From Malacoraja senta (Eukaryota): 38,251 bases of DNA. This document shows, one piece after another, positions 1 to 10,339 of this stretch (positions within the stretch are counted from its first letter, which is position 1; each line of letters starts with the position of its first letter). The stretch is from assembly GCA_038087875.1 (NCBI GenBank), contig JAXLNO010000619.1, positions 1-38,251 of the forward strand. Reading direction: 5' to 3'. The position numbers and the translations under genes are program-made. Below the pieces are notes generated by a model. It ran no database searches and was not told the origin of the DNA. It saw only the letters and a program-made list of their open reading frames with translations.

Positions 1-239
1 CTGGAAGTGCTGCCAGGCAGCAACTCTACCGCTAAAGCCACTGTGCCATTTAGTTCAGTCTAGTTTAGAGAAAAGGATATTGCATGGAAACATGCCTTCG
101 GCCCACATTGTCCATCGATCCCTCGTTCTATGTTAACCCACGTTCTCATTCTAGTACGCTAGGGGCAACTTACAGGGGGCCAAATGACCTACAAATCCGC
201 ACGTCTTTGGGATGTGGGAGGAAACCGGAACACCCGGAC

Positions 240-1015
240 AAAAGCAGGCAGTGAAGATAGCGAATGGCATGTTGGCCTTCATAACAAGAGGAGTCGAGTA
301 TAGGAGCAAAGAGGTCCTTCTGCAGTTGTACAGGGCCCTAGTGAGACCACACCTGGAGTATTGTGTGCAGTTTGGGTCTCCTAATTTGAGGAAGGACATT
401 CTTGCTATTGAGGGAGTGCAGCGTAGATTCACCAGGTTAATTCCCGGGATGGCGGGACTGTCATATGCTGAGAGAATGGAGCGGCTGGGCTTGTACACTC
501 TGGAGTTTAGAAGGATGAGAGGGTATCTTATTGAAACATATAAGATTATTACATCAGTCTGAAGAAGGGTTTCAACCCGAAACGTTGCCTATTTCCTTCG
601 CTCCATAGATGCTGCTGCACCCGCTGAGTTTCTCAGCAGTTTTGTTAACCTAAGATTATTAAGGGATTGGACACGCTAGAGGCAGGATACATGTTCCCGA
701 TGTTGGGGGAGTCCAGAAACCGGGGGCCACACACAGTTTAAGAATAAGGGGTAAGCCATTTAGAACGGAGATGAGGAAACACTTTTTCTCACAGAGAGCG
801 GTGAGTCTGTGGAATTCTCTGCCTCAGAGGGCGGTGGAGGCCGGTTCTCTGGATGCTTTCAAGAGAGAGCTAGATAGGGCTCTTAAAGATAGCGGAGTCA
901 GGGGATATGGGGAGAAGGCAGGAACGGGGTACTGATTGGGGATGATCAGCCGTGATCACATTGAATGGCGGTGCTGGCTCGAAGGGCCGAATGACCTACT
1001 CCTGCACCTAATGTT
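240..1015 (+). mobile_element. CR1 LINE 3' fragment, interrupted at 552-650
   Basis: [16 protein letters not shown]...RRMRG RT C-terminus and the CR1 3'UTR (gggccgaatg..ctcctgcaccta). Confidence 0.9.
552..650 (+). mobile_element. Penelope-type short insert with a minimal hammerhead motif and 11-bp TSD
   Basis: CTGAAGA-A-GGGT TTCA ACCC-GAAACGTT at 559-586; flanked by TAAGATTATTA at 541-551 and 651-661. Confidence 0.7.
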
Positions 1016-1044
1016 GTTAATTGTCTAAAACCCACGCGGACACG

Positions 1045-1540
1045 GGGAAGGGAGAGGTGGGGGGGGAGGGAAGGAGAGGGGGGAGGGGGAAGGGGAGGGG
1101 GGGGGAGGAGAGGGTGAGGGGGAAGGAGAATGGGAAGGAGAGGGGGGAGGGGGAAGGAGAGGGGGGAAGGGGGAGGAGAGGGGGGGAGGGGGAAGGGGAA
1201 GGAGAGGGGGGTGGGGAAAGGGGAGGGGAAGGGGAGGAGAGGGGGGAGGGGGAAGGAGAGGGGGGAAGAGAAGGGGAAGGAGAGGGGGGAGGGGAAGGGG
1301 AAGGAGAGGGGGGAGGGGAGGGGGAAGGAGAGGGGGGAGGTGAGGGGGGAGGAGAGGGGGGAGGGGAGGGGGAAGGGGAGGGAGGGGCCCACCTTCTTTA
1401 GCATGATGATGACCATCACGGCAGAGGCATGGGGAAGGGGAGAGGTGGGGAGGAGGGGGAGGGGAGTGGGAAGAGAGGGTGGAGGGGGGGGAGGGGGAGG
1501 AGGGGGGAAGAGAGGGTGGAGGGGGGAGGGGGAGAGGGAG
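1045..1540. repeat. Polypurine G/A tract in intron 8
   Basis: Almost pure G/A on the + strand apart from the exon-8 duplicate. Confidence 0.9.
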
Positions 1541-1548
1541 ATGCCCAC

Positions 1549-1666
1549 CTTCTTTAGCATGATGATACCCATCACGGCGGAGGCAGTGAACAGGACAGAG
1601 ACGACCAGCATGACCACGCCCACCGCCAAGTTGCTCTTCATCGCAGAGAGCGAGGATATCCAGCCA
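1549..1666 (-). CDS. SCAMP3: SCAMP3-like exon 8, TM4 (GWISSLSAMKSNLAVGVVMLVVSVLFTASAVMGIIMLKK)
   Basis: cttcccaccag acceptor and GTGGGC donor; 118 nt; GWIS...MLKK matches the SCAMP penultimate exon. The final exon was not found in the window. Confidence 0.95.
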
Positions 1667-1758
1667 CTGGTGGGAAGAGGGAGAGGGGGAGAGAGAGAGA
1701 GAGAGAGAGACAGGATTCAGACAAGCTTACTGTTCCCCATCACTGCCCAGTGACCCCA

Positions 1759-1762
<4 letters not shown>

Positions 1763-1804
<42 letters not shown>

Positions 1805-2243
1805 GAGAGACAGAGAGAGGGAGACAGAGAGAGGAGACAGAGAGAGGGAGACAGAGAGAGGGAGACAGAGAGAGGGAGACAGAGAGAGGGAGACAGAGAG
1901 AGGAGACAGAGAGGGAGACAGAGAGAGGGAGACAGAGAGAGGGAGACAGAGAGAGGGAGACAGAGAGAGGGAGACAGAGAGAGGGAGACAGAGAGAGGGA
2001 GACAGAGAGAGGGAGACAGAGAGAGGGAGACAGAGAGAGGGAGACAGAGAGAGGGAGACAGAGAGAGAGGGAGATAGAGAGAGGGAGACAGAGAGAGGGA
2101 GAGAGAGATAGGGACAGAGAAGGACAGAGAGAGAGAGGGACAGAGAGAGAGAGGGACAGAGAGAGAGAGGGACAGAGAGAGAGAGGGACAGAGAGAGAGA
2201 GAGAGAGGGACAGAGAGAGAGAGAGACACACAGAGAGAGAGAG
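1763..2243. repeat. (GA)n/(GAGACAGAGAGAGG)n compound microsatellite
   Basis: Visible directly in the sequence. Confidence 0.95.
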
Positions 2244-2326
2244 AAGCAGCCAGGGTTCGTGTTCCCCATCACCAGCCGTCAGACACCAGCAGGCCAGCAG
2301 TGAGTGTGGACGGTGCAGCAACTCAC

Positions 2327-2426
2327 CAGAACCCCATCCTGGAATCCCACCGACTGCAGAACAAAGAGGATGTCCTGGATGAAAAACACGAAGAAGAACG
2401 AGAAGAAGTTGAACGAGCTGTCACTC
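2327..2426 (-). CDS. SCAMP3: SCAMP3-like exon 7 ([27 protein letters not shown]...), 2 nt short as assembled
   Basis: ccgtgcag acceptor and GTGAGT donor; SDSSFNFF motif. The exon is 100 nt, but 102 nt is needed to keep frame with exon 8. Adding one G to each of two G-runs restores GIPGWGF. Confidence 0.9.
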
Positions 2427-2494
2427 CTGCACGGAGGGAAGAGAGGAAACAGGCATTAAATAAATAACACGTCCAGCGGAGCCCGAAGGCTCTG

Positions 2495-3235
2495 TTACAC
2501 AGAGTAACGCTGGAGTAACTCAGCGGGTCAGGCAGCATCTCTGTGGGGGGAGGAGGAATCTCGGGTCCAGACCCTTCTTCAGACTGAGGTTCAGGGGAGA
2601 GAGGGAGGCACAGAGATAAAGGAAGGCCAAGGTGTGAAAACTACATCAAAGGGGATGGAGATCAAGAGAAAAATAGATCTGTGTGAGCTCGGGGAAGGTG
2701 ACAATGCAATATTTAATCTGAGGACAGTCAGACTAGTCGGGGAACTAACGTGGAGGAACTGCAGATGCTGGATTACGTCAAGGATAGACGCAGAGTGCTG
2801 GAGTAACTCAGCGGGTCAGGCAGCATCTGTGGAGAACATGGATAGGTGACGTTTCACAGAGTGCTGGAGTAACTCAGCGGGTCACATAACATCTCTGGAG
2901 AAAAGGAATAGGTGACGTTTCGGGTCGAGACCTATTCCTTTTCTCCACAGATGCTGCCCGTCCCGCTGAGTTACTCCAGCACTTTGTACCTATCTTTGGT
3001 GTAAACCAGCACCTGCAGTTCTTTATTTCTACTTCTCCTAAACATTAATGCTCTCTAATCCAGGCAGCATCTTTTTTTCTTTAAATCAAAACATTTCTTC
3101 AATTATTAAAAATAATATTTACAATACAATAAAAACTCAGTGACTCAGCGGGTCAGGCAGCATCTGTGGGGAACATGGATAGGTGACGTTTCAAAGAGTG
3201 CTGGAGTAACTCAGCGGGTCAGGCAGCATCTGTGG
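2495..3235. mobile_element. Cluster of Penelope-type repeat fragments (gctggagtaactcagcgggtcaggcagcatct) in both orientations
   Basis: Repeated motif; hammerhead-like TCTTCAG/GACCC remnant at about 2570-2586. Confidence 0.65.
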
Positions 3236-3698
3236 GGACTGCCATATGCTGAGAGAATGGAGCGGCTGGGCTTGTACACTCTGGAGTTTAGAAGGATGAG
3301 AGGAGATCTCATTGAAACGTATCAGATTGTTAAGGGTTTGGACACGCTAGAGGCAGGAAACATGTTCCCGATGTTGGGGGAGTCCAGAACCAGGGGCCAC
3401 ACACAGTTTAAGAATAGGGGGTAGGCCATTTAGAACGGAGACGAGGAAACACTTTTTCTCACAGAGAGTGGTGAGTCTCTGGAATTCTCTGCCTCAGAGG
3501 GCGATGGAGGCAGGTTCTCCGGATGCTTTCAAGAGAGAGCTAGATAGGGCTCTTAAAGATAGCGAAGTCAGGGGATATGGGGAGAAGGCAGGAACGGGGG
3601 TACTGAGTTGGACGATCAGCCATGATCACATTGAATGGCGGTGCTGGCTCGAAGGGCCGAATGGCCTCCTCCTGCACCTATTGTCTATTGTCTATTGA
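3236..3698 (+). mobile_element. CR1 LINE 3' fragment with (CTATTGT)n tail
   Basis: YAERMERLGLYTLEFRRMRGDL; 3'UTR and tail repeats. Confidence 0.9.
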
Positions 3699-3783
3699 GA
3701 ACATGGATAGGTGACGTTTCACAGAGTGCTGGAGTAACTCAGCGGGTCAGGCAGCATCTGTGGGGAACATGGATAGGTGAGGT

Positions 3784-4040
3784 GGGGCATGGTGGCGCAG
3801 CGGGTAGAGTTGCCACCTCACAGCGCCAGAGACCCGGGTTCCATCCCGACTACGGGTGCTGTCAGTACGGAGTTTGCACGCTCTCCCCGTGGGTTTTCTC
3901 CGGGTGCTCCTGTTTCCTCCCGCACTCCAGGTTTGCCAGTTAATTGGCTTGGTATAATTGTAAAATGATCCATAGTGCGTGTAGGAGTGCCGCTAGTGTG
4001 CTGGTCGGAGTGGACACGGTGGGCCTAGGAGTCCGTTTCC
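3784..4040 (+). mobile_element. tRNA-derived SINE (elasmobranch HE1/V-SINE-like)
   Basis: A-box TGGCGCAGCGG and B-box-like GGTTCCATCC; conserved core GGAGTTTGCACG.TCTCCCCGT. Confidence 0.85.
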
Positions 4041-4394
4041 GCTCTGTATCTCCAAAGTAAACATGACCGTTCTACACTAGTCCCCCCTGCCCGCGCTTGG
4101 CCCATATCCCTCTATACCCTTCCTATCCAGAGGCACGTGGGAGTCCAGGGAATAGAGGGATATGGGCAGATGAGATCAGTTAAACTTGACATCAAGGATA
4201 CAGAGAAGATTTACCAGGATGTTGCCAGGACTAGAGGGGCCTGAACTGCATAGATAGAAACATAGAAAATAGCTGCAGGACTTCATCCCTCCCCTACCCA
4301 AGTCGCACCAGCTTCTCGTTCTCATCCAGCAATCAGCTAACAATGGCCGGTTTCCATTGTGACTTTTTTGCTTATCTTTTATTCATTATATATC

Positions 4395-5045
4395 TCTCAT
4401 AGAAACATAGACAATAGGTGCAGGAGTAGGCCATTCGGCCCTTCACCGCCATTCAATATAATCGTGGCTGATCATCCAACTCAGTATCCTGTACCTGCCT
4501 TCTCTCCATACACCCTGATCCCTTTAGCCACAAGGGCCACATCTAACTCCCTCTTAAATATAGCCAATGAACTGGCCTCAACTACCTTCTGTGGCAGAGA
4601 GTTCCAGAGATTCTGTGTGAAGAGGAAAAAAAAAAAAAAAAGTTGGGGCAGGCTGGGACTCTATTCCTTGGAGCGCAGGAGGATGAGGGGCGATCTTATA
4701 GAGGTGTATAAAATCATGAGAGGAATAGATTGGGTAGTCTCTTGCCCAGAGTAGGGGAATCGAGGACCAGAGGACATGGGTTCAGGGTGAAGGGGGAAAA
4801 GATTTACTAGGAATCTGAGGGGTAACTTTTCCACACAGAGGGTGGTGGGTTGTATGGAACGAGCTGCCGGAGGAGGTAGTTGAGGCTGGGACTATCCCAG
4901 CGTTTAAGAAACAGTTAGACAGGTACATGGATAGGGCAGGTTTGGAGGGATATGGACCAAACGCGGGCAGGTGGGACTAGTGTAGATGGGCATGTTGGCC
5001 GGTGTGGGCAAGTTGGGCCGAAGGGTCCTTTCCCACGCTATCAGT
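4395..5045. mobile_element. Two CR1 fragments back to back (minus 4395-4620; plus 4640-5045, a different subfamily)
   Basis: CR1 3'UTR on the minus strand; LGLYSLERRRMRGDLIEVYKI on the plus strand. Confidence 0.8.
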
Positions 5046-5060
5046 CGATGTACAGCACGA

Positions 5061-5305
5061 GAGTTTAAGAAGGAACTGCAGATGCTGGAAAATCGAAGGT
5101 AGACAAAAGTGCTGGAGAAACTCAGCGGGTGCAGCAGCATCTATGGAGCGAAGGAAATAGGCAACGTTTCGGGCCGAAACCCTTCCGGGTTTCGGCCCGA
5201 AACGTTGCCTATTTCCTTCAGTGTTTCGGCCCGAAACGTTGCCTATTTCCTTCGCTCATAGATGCTGCTGCACCCGCTGAGTTTCTCCAGCACTTTTCTC
5301 TACCT
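5061..5305. mobile_element. Fold-back Penelope-type element with 13-bp TSD
   Basis: Inverted arms centred near 5184; ATGTACAGCACGA at 5048-5060 and 5306-5318. Confidence 0.75.
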
Positions 5306-5451
5306 ATGTACAGCACGAACAAGGTGGGCCGAAGGGCCTGTTCCTGTACTGTTCCGCGTTCTACGTACGAAGTAGCATTCCCGTTGAGCTGGAAGCCCCC
5401 CCCCCCCCCCTCCCTCCCTCCCCCTCTCCACTACCCAGCGCAGACTCGTAC

Positions 5452-5611
5452 CTGAAGGCCTTGTACACGGGTCTGTACCAGCAGATGAAGGAACAGGGCG
5501 TGAAGAGCAGCAGCCACAGGATGGAGAGGCCAAAGTGGGTCCCCACATCCACGTTGACGGTGAACCAGGCCAGGCTGCCCAGCAGGTTGAAGAAGAGCAC
5601 TCCCGCACTCA
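5452..5611 (-). CDS. SCAMP3: SCAMP3-like exon 6, TM1-TM2 and E-peptide ([17 protein letters not shown]...[28 protein letters not shown])
   Basis: cccacag acceptor and GTACGA donor; 160 nt; conserved CWYRPxYKAFR E-peptide. Confidence 0.97.
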
Positions 5612-5659
5612 CTGTGGGCAAGGGAGGAGAGCAGCAGTCAACACACGCATCCTGGACCG

Positions 5660-7250
5660 CAGAGTGGAGCCTAGAGTGTGTAGGCCACAGTTTAGTGTAG
5701 TTTAGAGTGGGGCCTAGAGTGGAGCCTAGAGTGTATAGGCCACAGTTCAGTGTAGTTTAGAGTGGGGCCTAGAGTGGAGCCTAGAGTGTGTAGGCCACAG
5801 TTTTGTGTAGCTTGGAGTGGTCTAGAGTGGAGCCTAGAGTGTATAGGCCACAGTTCAGTGTAGTTTAGAGTGGGGCCTAGAGTGGAGCCTAGAGTGTGTA
5901 GGTCACAGTATAGTGTAGCTTAGAGTGGTCTAGAGTGGGGCCTCGAGTGTATAGTTCACAGTTTAGTGTCGTTTAGAGTGGGGCCTAGAGTGGGGCCTAG
6001 AGTGTATAGGCCACAGTTTAGTGTAGTTTAGAGTGGGGCCTAGAGTGGAGCCTAGAGTGTAGCTTAAAGTATGTAGTTCACAGTTAGTGCAGCTTAGAGT
6101 GGAGTCTAGAGTGGGGCCTAGAGTGCAGCCTCGAGTGTATAGGCCACAGTTTAGTGTAGTTTAGAGTGGAGCCTAGACTATATAGTTCATAGTTTAGTGT
6201 AGTTTAGAGTGGAGCCTAGAGTGTGTAGTTTAGTTCAGTGTAGCCTAGAGTGGGGCCTAGTGTGTAGTTCAGTTTAGTGCAGCCTAGAGTGGGGCCTAGT
6301 GTGTAGTTCAGTTTAGTGCAGCCTAGGTGGGGCCTAGAGTGTGTAGTTCAGTTTAGTGCAGCCTAGAGTGGGGCCTAGTGTGTAGTTCAGTTTAGTGCAG
6401 CCTAGAGTGGGGCCTAGTGTGTAGTTCAGTTTAGTGCAGCCTAGAGTGGGGCCTAGTGTGTAGGTCACAGTTTAGTGCAGCCTAGAGTGGGGCCTAGAGT
6501 GGAGTTATAGTTTAGTGTAGTCTAGAGTGTGGACTACAGTGTATAGTTCATAGTTTAGTGTAGTCTAGAATAGGCCCTATTGTGTATAGTTCAGTTTAAT
6601 GTAGTCTAGAGTGTGGCTTAGAGTGGAGCCTAGAGTGGGGCCTAGAGCGTGTAGGTCACAGTTTAGTGCAGCCTAGAGTGGGGCCTAGTGTGTAGTTCAG
6701 TTTAGTGCAGCCTAGAGTGGGGCCTAGAGTGTGTAGTTTAGTTTAGTGCAGCCTAGAGTGGGGCCTAGAGTGGGGCTTAGAGTGTGTAGGTCACAGTTAG
6801 TGTAGTTTAGAGTGGGGCCTAGAGTGGAGTTATAGTTTAGTGTAGTCTAGAGTGTGGACTACAGTGTATAGTTCATAGTTTAGTGTAGTCTAGAGTAGGC
6901 CCTAGAGTGTATAGTTCATAGTTTAGTGTAGTCTACAGTGTGGCTTAGAGTGGGGCCTAGAGTGGAGCCTAGAGTGGGGCCTAGTGTGTAGGTCACAGTT
7001 TAGTGCAGCCTAGAGTGGGGCCTAGAGTGTGTAGTTCAGTTTAGTGCAGCCTAGAGTGGGGCCTAGAGTGGGGCCTAGAGTGTATAGGTCACAGTTAGTG
7101 TAGTTTAGAGTGGGGCCTGGAGTTTAGTTCAAAGTTTAGCTTAGAATTTAGCTTAGTCTCAGTTAGAGTTTGTTTAGTTCAGTTTAGAATTGAGCAGTTT
7201 AGTGTAAAGCAGTTTACAGTTTAGTGTGTAGTTTAGTGTAGAGCGGTTTA
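5660..7250. repeat. Complex minisatellite (AGAGTGGGGCCT/AGTTTAGTGT units) in intron 5
   Basis: About 1.6 kb of degenerate tandem units. Confidence 0.95.
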
Positions 7251-7805
7251 GTGCAGAGATACAGTACGTAAACAGGCCCTTCGGCCCACCGAGTCTACGC
7301 CGACCAGCGATCACCCGCCCACACACACTAGTTCCACGTTATCCCACTTTCCCATCCACTCCCTACACACCAGGGGGGCAATTTAACAGAGGGCCAATTA
7401 ACCCGCACGGGCACGTCTTTGGGGTGTGGGAGGAAACCGGAGCAACCCTGCCACGGTTGGATCCCTGTGTCAGGCCGCACGCAATAGACAGCAGCCGAAG
7501 TCAGGATCGAACCCACATCTCTGGCACTGTGAGGCTGCCTCACAGTGCCAGAGATGTGGGTTCGATCCTGACTTCGGCTGCTGCCTGTATGTGGAGTTTG
7601 CACGTTCTCCCTGTGACCGCGTGGGATTTCTCCGGGTGCTCCGTTTTTTCTCCCACATCCCAAGGACGTGCGGGTTTGTAGGTTAATTGGCCCTCTGTAA
7701 ATCACCCCCCCCCCCCCCCAAGCCTGTAGGACATAGAACTAGTGCGAACAGGCGATCGGTGGGTCAGCCTGGACTCGGTGGGCTGAAGGGCCTGTTTCCA
7801 TTCTG
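7250..7805. mobile_element. Head-to-head pair of tRNA-derived SINEs (minus 7250-7535, plus 7537-7805)
   Basis: SINE core and tail on both strands; B-box GGTTCGATCC present in both arms. Confidence 0.85.
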
Positions 7806-7808
7806 TAA

Positions 7809-8145
7809 AGGCCCTGTCCCACGGTACGAGTTCATTCCAAGAGCTCTCCCCGAGTTTGCCCCTGATTCGAACTGGGAGATTTACGGCAATGGCCGCTCGT
7901 CGGTACTCGGGGCTCTCGTGGACATTTTTTCAACATGTTGAAAAATCTTCACCAGTCTTCCCGTGCTTACCTGCCGTTAGCGAGTCTTCCCGAGTACCTG
8001 CCGTTAGCGTTACGAGCCGCTAAGAGACGTCCCCGAGCTCCGACGTACCCGCTACGTTCATTCTCCGTGCTTCCCACGAGTTTGATTTTTTTTTTTTAAC
8101 TCGGGAGAGCTCTTGGAATTAACTCGTACCGTGGGACAGGGGCCA
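7809..8145. mobile_element. MITE, PIF/Harbinger-like, with TAA TSD
   Basis: About 45-bp TIRs (GGCCCTGTCCCACGGTACGAGTT..TTCCAAGAGCTCTCCC); TAA at 7806-7808 and 8146-8148; interrupts the SINE tail. Confidence 0.85.
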
Positions 8146-8384
8146 TAACTCGAAACTAAATTAGGTCATATGTTTATGTGGGCAGGAACAGCAGATGCTG
8201 GTTTACACCAAAGTGCTGGAGTAACTCAGCGGGTCAGGCAGCATCTCTGGAGAGACAGGATGGGTGACGTTTCAGGTCAGGACTGGCCATTCGGCCCATC
8301 GAGTCTGCTCCGCCATTCAATCATGGCTGATCTTTCCTTCCCTCTCAACCACATTCTCCTGCCTTCTCCCCATAACCTTTGACG

Positions 8385-9040
8385 CTCTACTATACGGCCA
8401 TCGTAGAGTCTGTCCTCACCTTCTCCACCCCCTGTCCTCACTCCCCACCCCCTATCAGTCTGAAGAAGGGTTTCGGCCCAAAACGTTGCCTATTTCCTTC
8501 GCTCCATAGATGCTGCTGCACCCGCTGAGTTTCTCCAGCATTTTTGTGTACCCTCACCTTCTCCATCATGGTCTGGTTTGGCTCAGCCACCAAGCACGAC
8601 ACCCGGAGGCTGCAGTGCTTCGTCCGATCGGCTGAGAAGGTTGTTGGCTGCAACCTTCCCCCCCCCATCGACGAACTGTACACTGCAAGGGCCAGGAAGC
8701 GAGCGGGCAAGATCATCTCTGACCCCTCTCACCCTGGCCACAAACTCTTTGAATCACTTCCCTCTGGAAGGCGACTCCGGGCTGTCAAAGCCGCCACAGC
8801 CAGACATAAAAACAGTTTTTATCCACGAGTAGTTGCTCTACTCAACAGCCAAAAATCTGTAGCCTCCTTTTGATCTGGTATTTTATTTAATTCACGTTTA
8901 ATCGATAATGTTTTATTATTAATGTTTAATGTTTTATGTGTCATTCCTAACTGTCACTGTATGTCATGTTGCCACTTGCGGGCGGAGCACCAAGGCAAAT
9001 TCCTTGTATGTGAATACTTGGCCAATACACTTATTCATTC
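8385..9040 (+). mobile_element. Rex1/Babar 3' fragment, interrupted by a Penelope-type insert at 8428-8551
   Basis: DPSHPGHKLFESLPSGRRLR...KNSFYP; insert flanked by CCTCACCTTCTCCA at 8414-8427 and 8552-8565. Confidence 0.85.
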
Positions 9041-9239
9041 TTAAAAAAAGTTTTTGAGTTTTTGAGGTACAGCGCGGAAACAGGTCCTTCGGCCCACCGA
9101 GTCCACACCGACCCGCGTATACTGGCACACATCCCCATGTGAATAGACAAACAATGCCCCCAGGGACCCCCTGTAAACACTGAGACACATTCTCCGGGAC
9201 CCAGGGTGTATCTAGCGGACAGGTTTGCCGGTTACTCAC

Positions 9240-9368
9240 TCATCCACAGGTAATACATCACGGTGACTGTCTTCTGGAGGTCATGGGGGATGTCGCCCTT
9301 GATGTCGTGATGGAAGCAGGCCTTCACCGGGCAGAAGGATGGGAGTGGGGGCCAGTTGTTCACAGTGG
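9240..9368 (-). CDS. SCAMP3: SCAMP3-like exon 5 ([43 protein letters not shown])
   Basis: ttgcttgcag acceptor and GTGAGT donor; 129 nt, phase 1/1; NNWPPLP marks the start of the SCAMP domain. Confidence 0.97.
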
Positions 9369-9439
9369 CTGCAAGCAAAGCGACGGCCCCCACCTTACAT
9401 GACAGCCACAGAGACGATCAGACAACACTCTCCCCCCCC

Positions 9440-10215
9440 CACCCCGCCGAGACCCCCTGTAAATACCGACACACACACGCACGCACACAAACGGGACCTG
9501 CTGTAAATACACACACACGCACACACACACACTCACTCACTCACTCACACCCCGAGACCCCCTGTAAATAGACAGACACACACAAACAACAGGACCACCT
9601 GTAAACAAAAAACAACCACACCCACACACTCCCCGAGACCCGCTGTAAATATACACACACACGCCGAGACCCCCTGTAAATACCGACACACACACACACA
9701 ATGGGACCCGCTGTAAATACACACACACACACACACAAACGGGACCCACTGTAAATACACACACACACTCACACACACATACACACAACGGGACCCGCTG
9801 TAAATACACACACACACACTCACGCGCACACACACACGCCCCCCGAGACCCGCAGTAAATACACACACACACCCCGAGACCCCCTGTAAATACCGACGCA
9901 CACACACACACACCCCGATACCCGCTGTAAATACACACACACTCACACCCACACACGCACACACCATGAGACCCGCTGTAAATACACACACTCACACTCA
10001 CGCGTACGCACGCACACACACACATACACACACCCCGAAACCCGCTGTAAATACACACACTCACGCACACACCCCGAGACCCCCTGTAAATAGACAGACA
10101 CACACACAACAGGACCCCCTGTAAAAAAAACCACATACACACACACACTCCCGAGACCCGCTGTAAATACACACGCACGCACACACACGCCGAGACCCCC
10201 TGTAAATAGACACAC
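9440..10215. repeat. Minisatellite GAGACCC(G/C)CTGTAAATA + (CA)n
   Basis: Recurring anchor motif with variable CA runs. Confidence 0.9.
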
Positions 10216-10339
10216 CTCAAATCTACTAAACTCAACTCCACTAAACACAAGCCCTCCGGTCCTGGCGACAATCTTTTCTGCTGCCTCTCCAATTGAATTG
10301 CCCCTCTCCCCCCCCCCCCACCCCCCGTGACTCACTCAC

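Noticed and set aside
1..1386. Terminal SCAMP3 exon (HSLYRRTGASFQKAQ-like)
   Set aside because: Not found; the region is SINE, CR1 and purine repeat, so the exon presumably lies beyond the window.
1717..2321. Long SLSL/RERE ORFs, also at 25415-26189
   Set aside because: They are translations of stop-free GA microsatellites.
3784..3860. tRNA gene
   Set aside because: A and B boxes continue into SINE core and tail sequence, so these are SINE heads; no full cloverleaf was seen.
9440..10215. CRISPR-like repeat-spacer appearance
   Set aside because: The 'spacers' are (CA)n runs in a eukaryotic intron and there are no cas genes.
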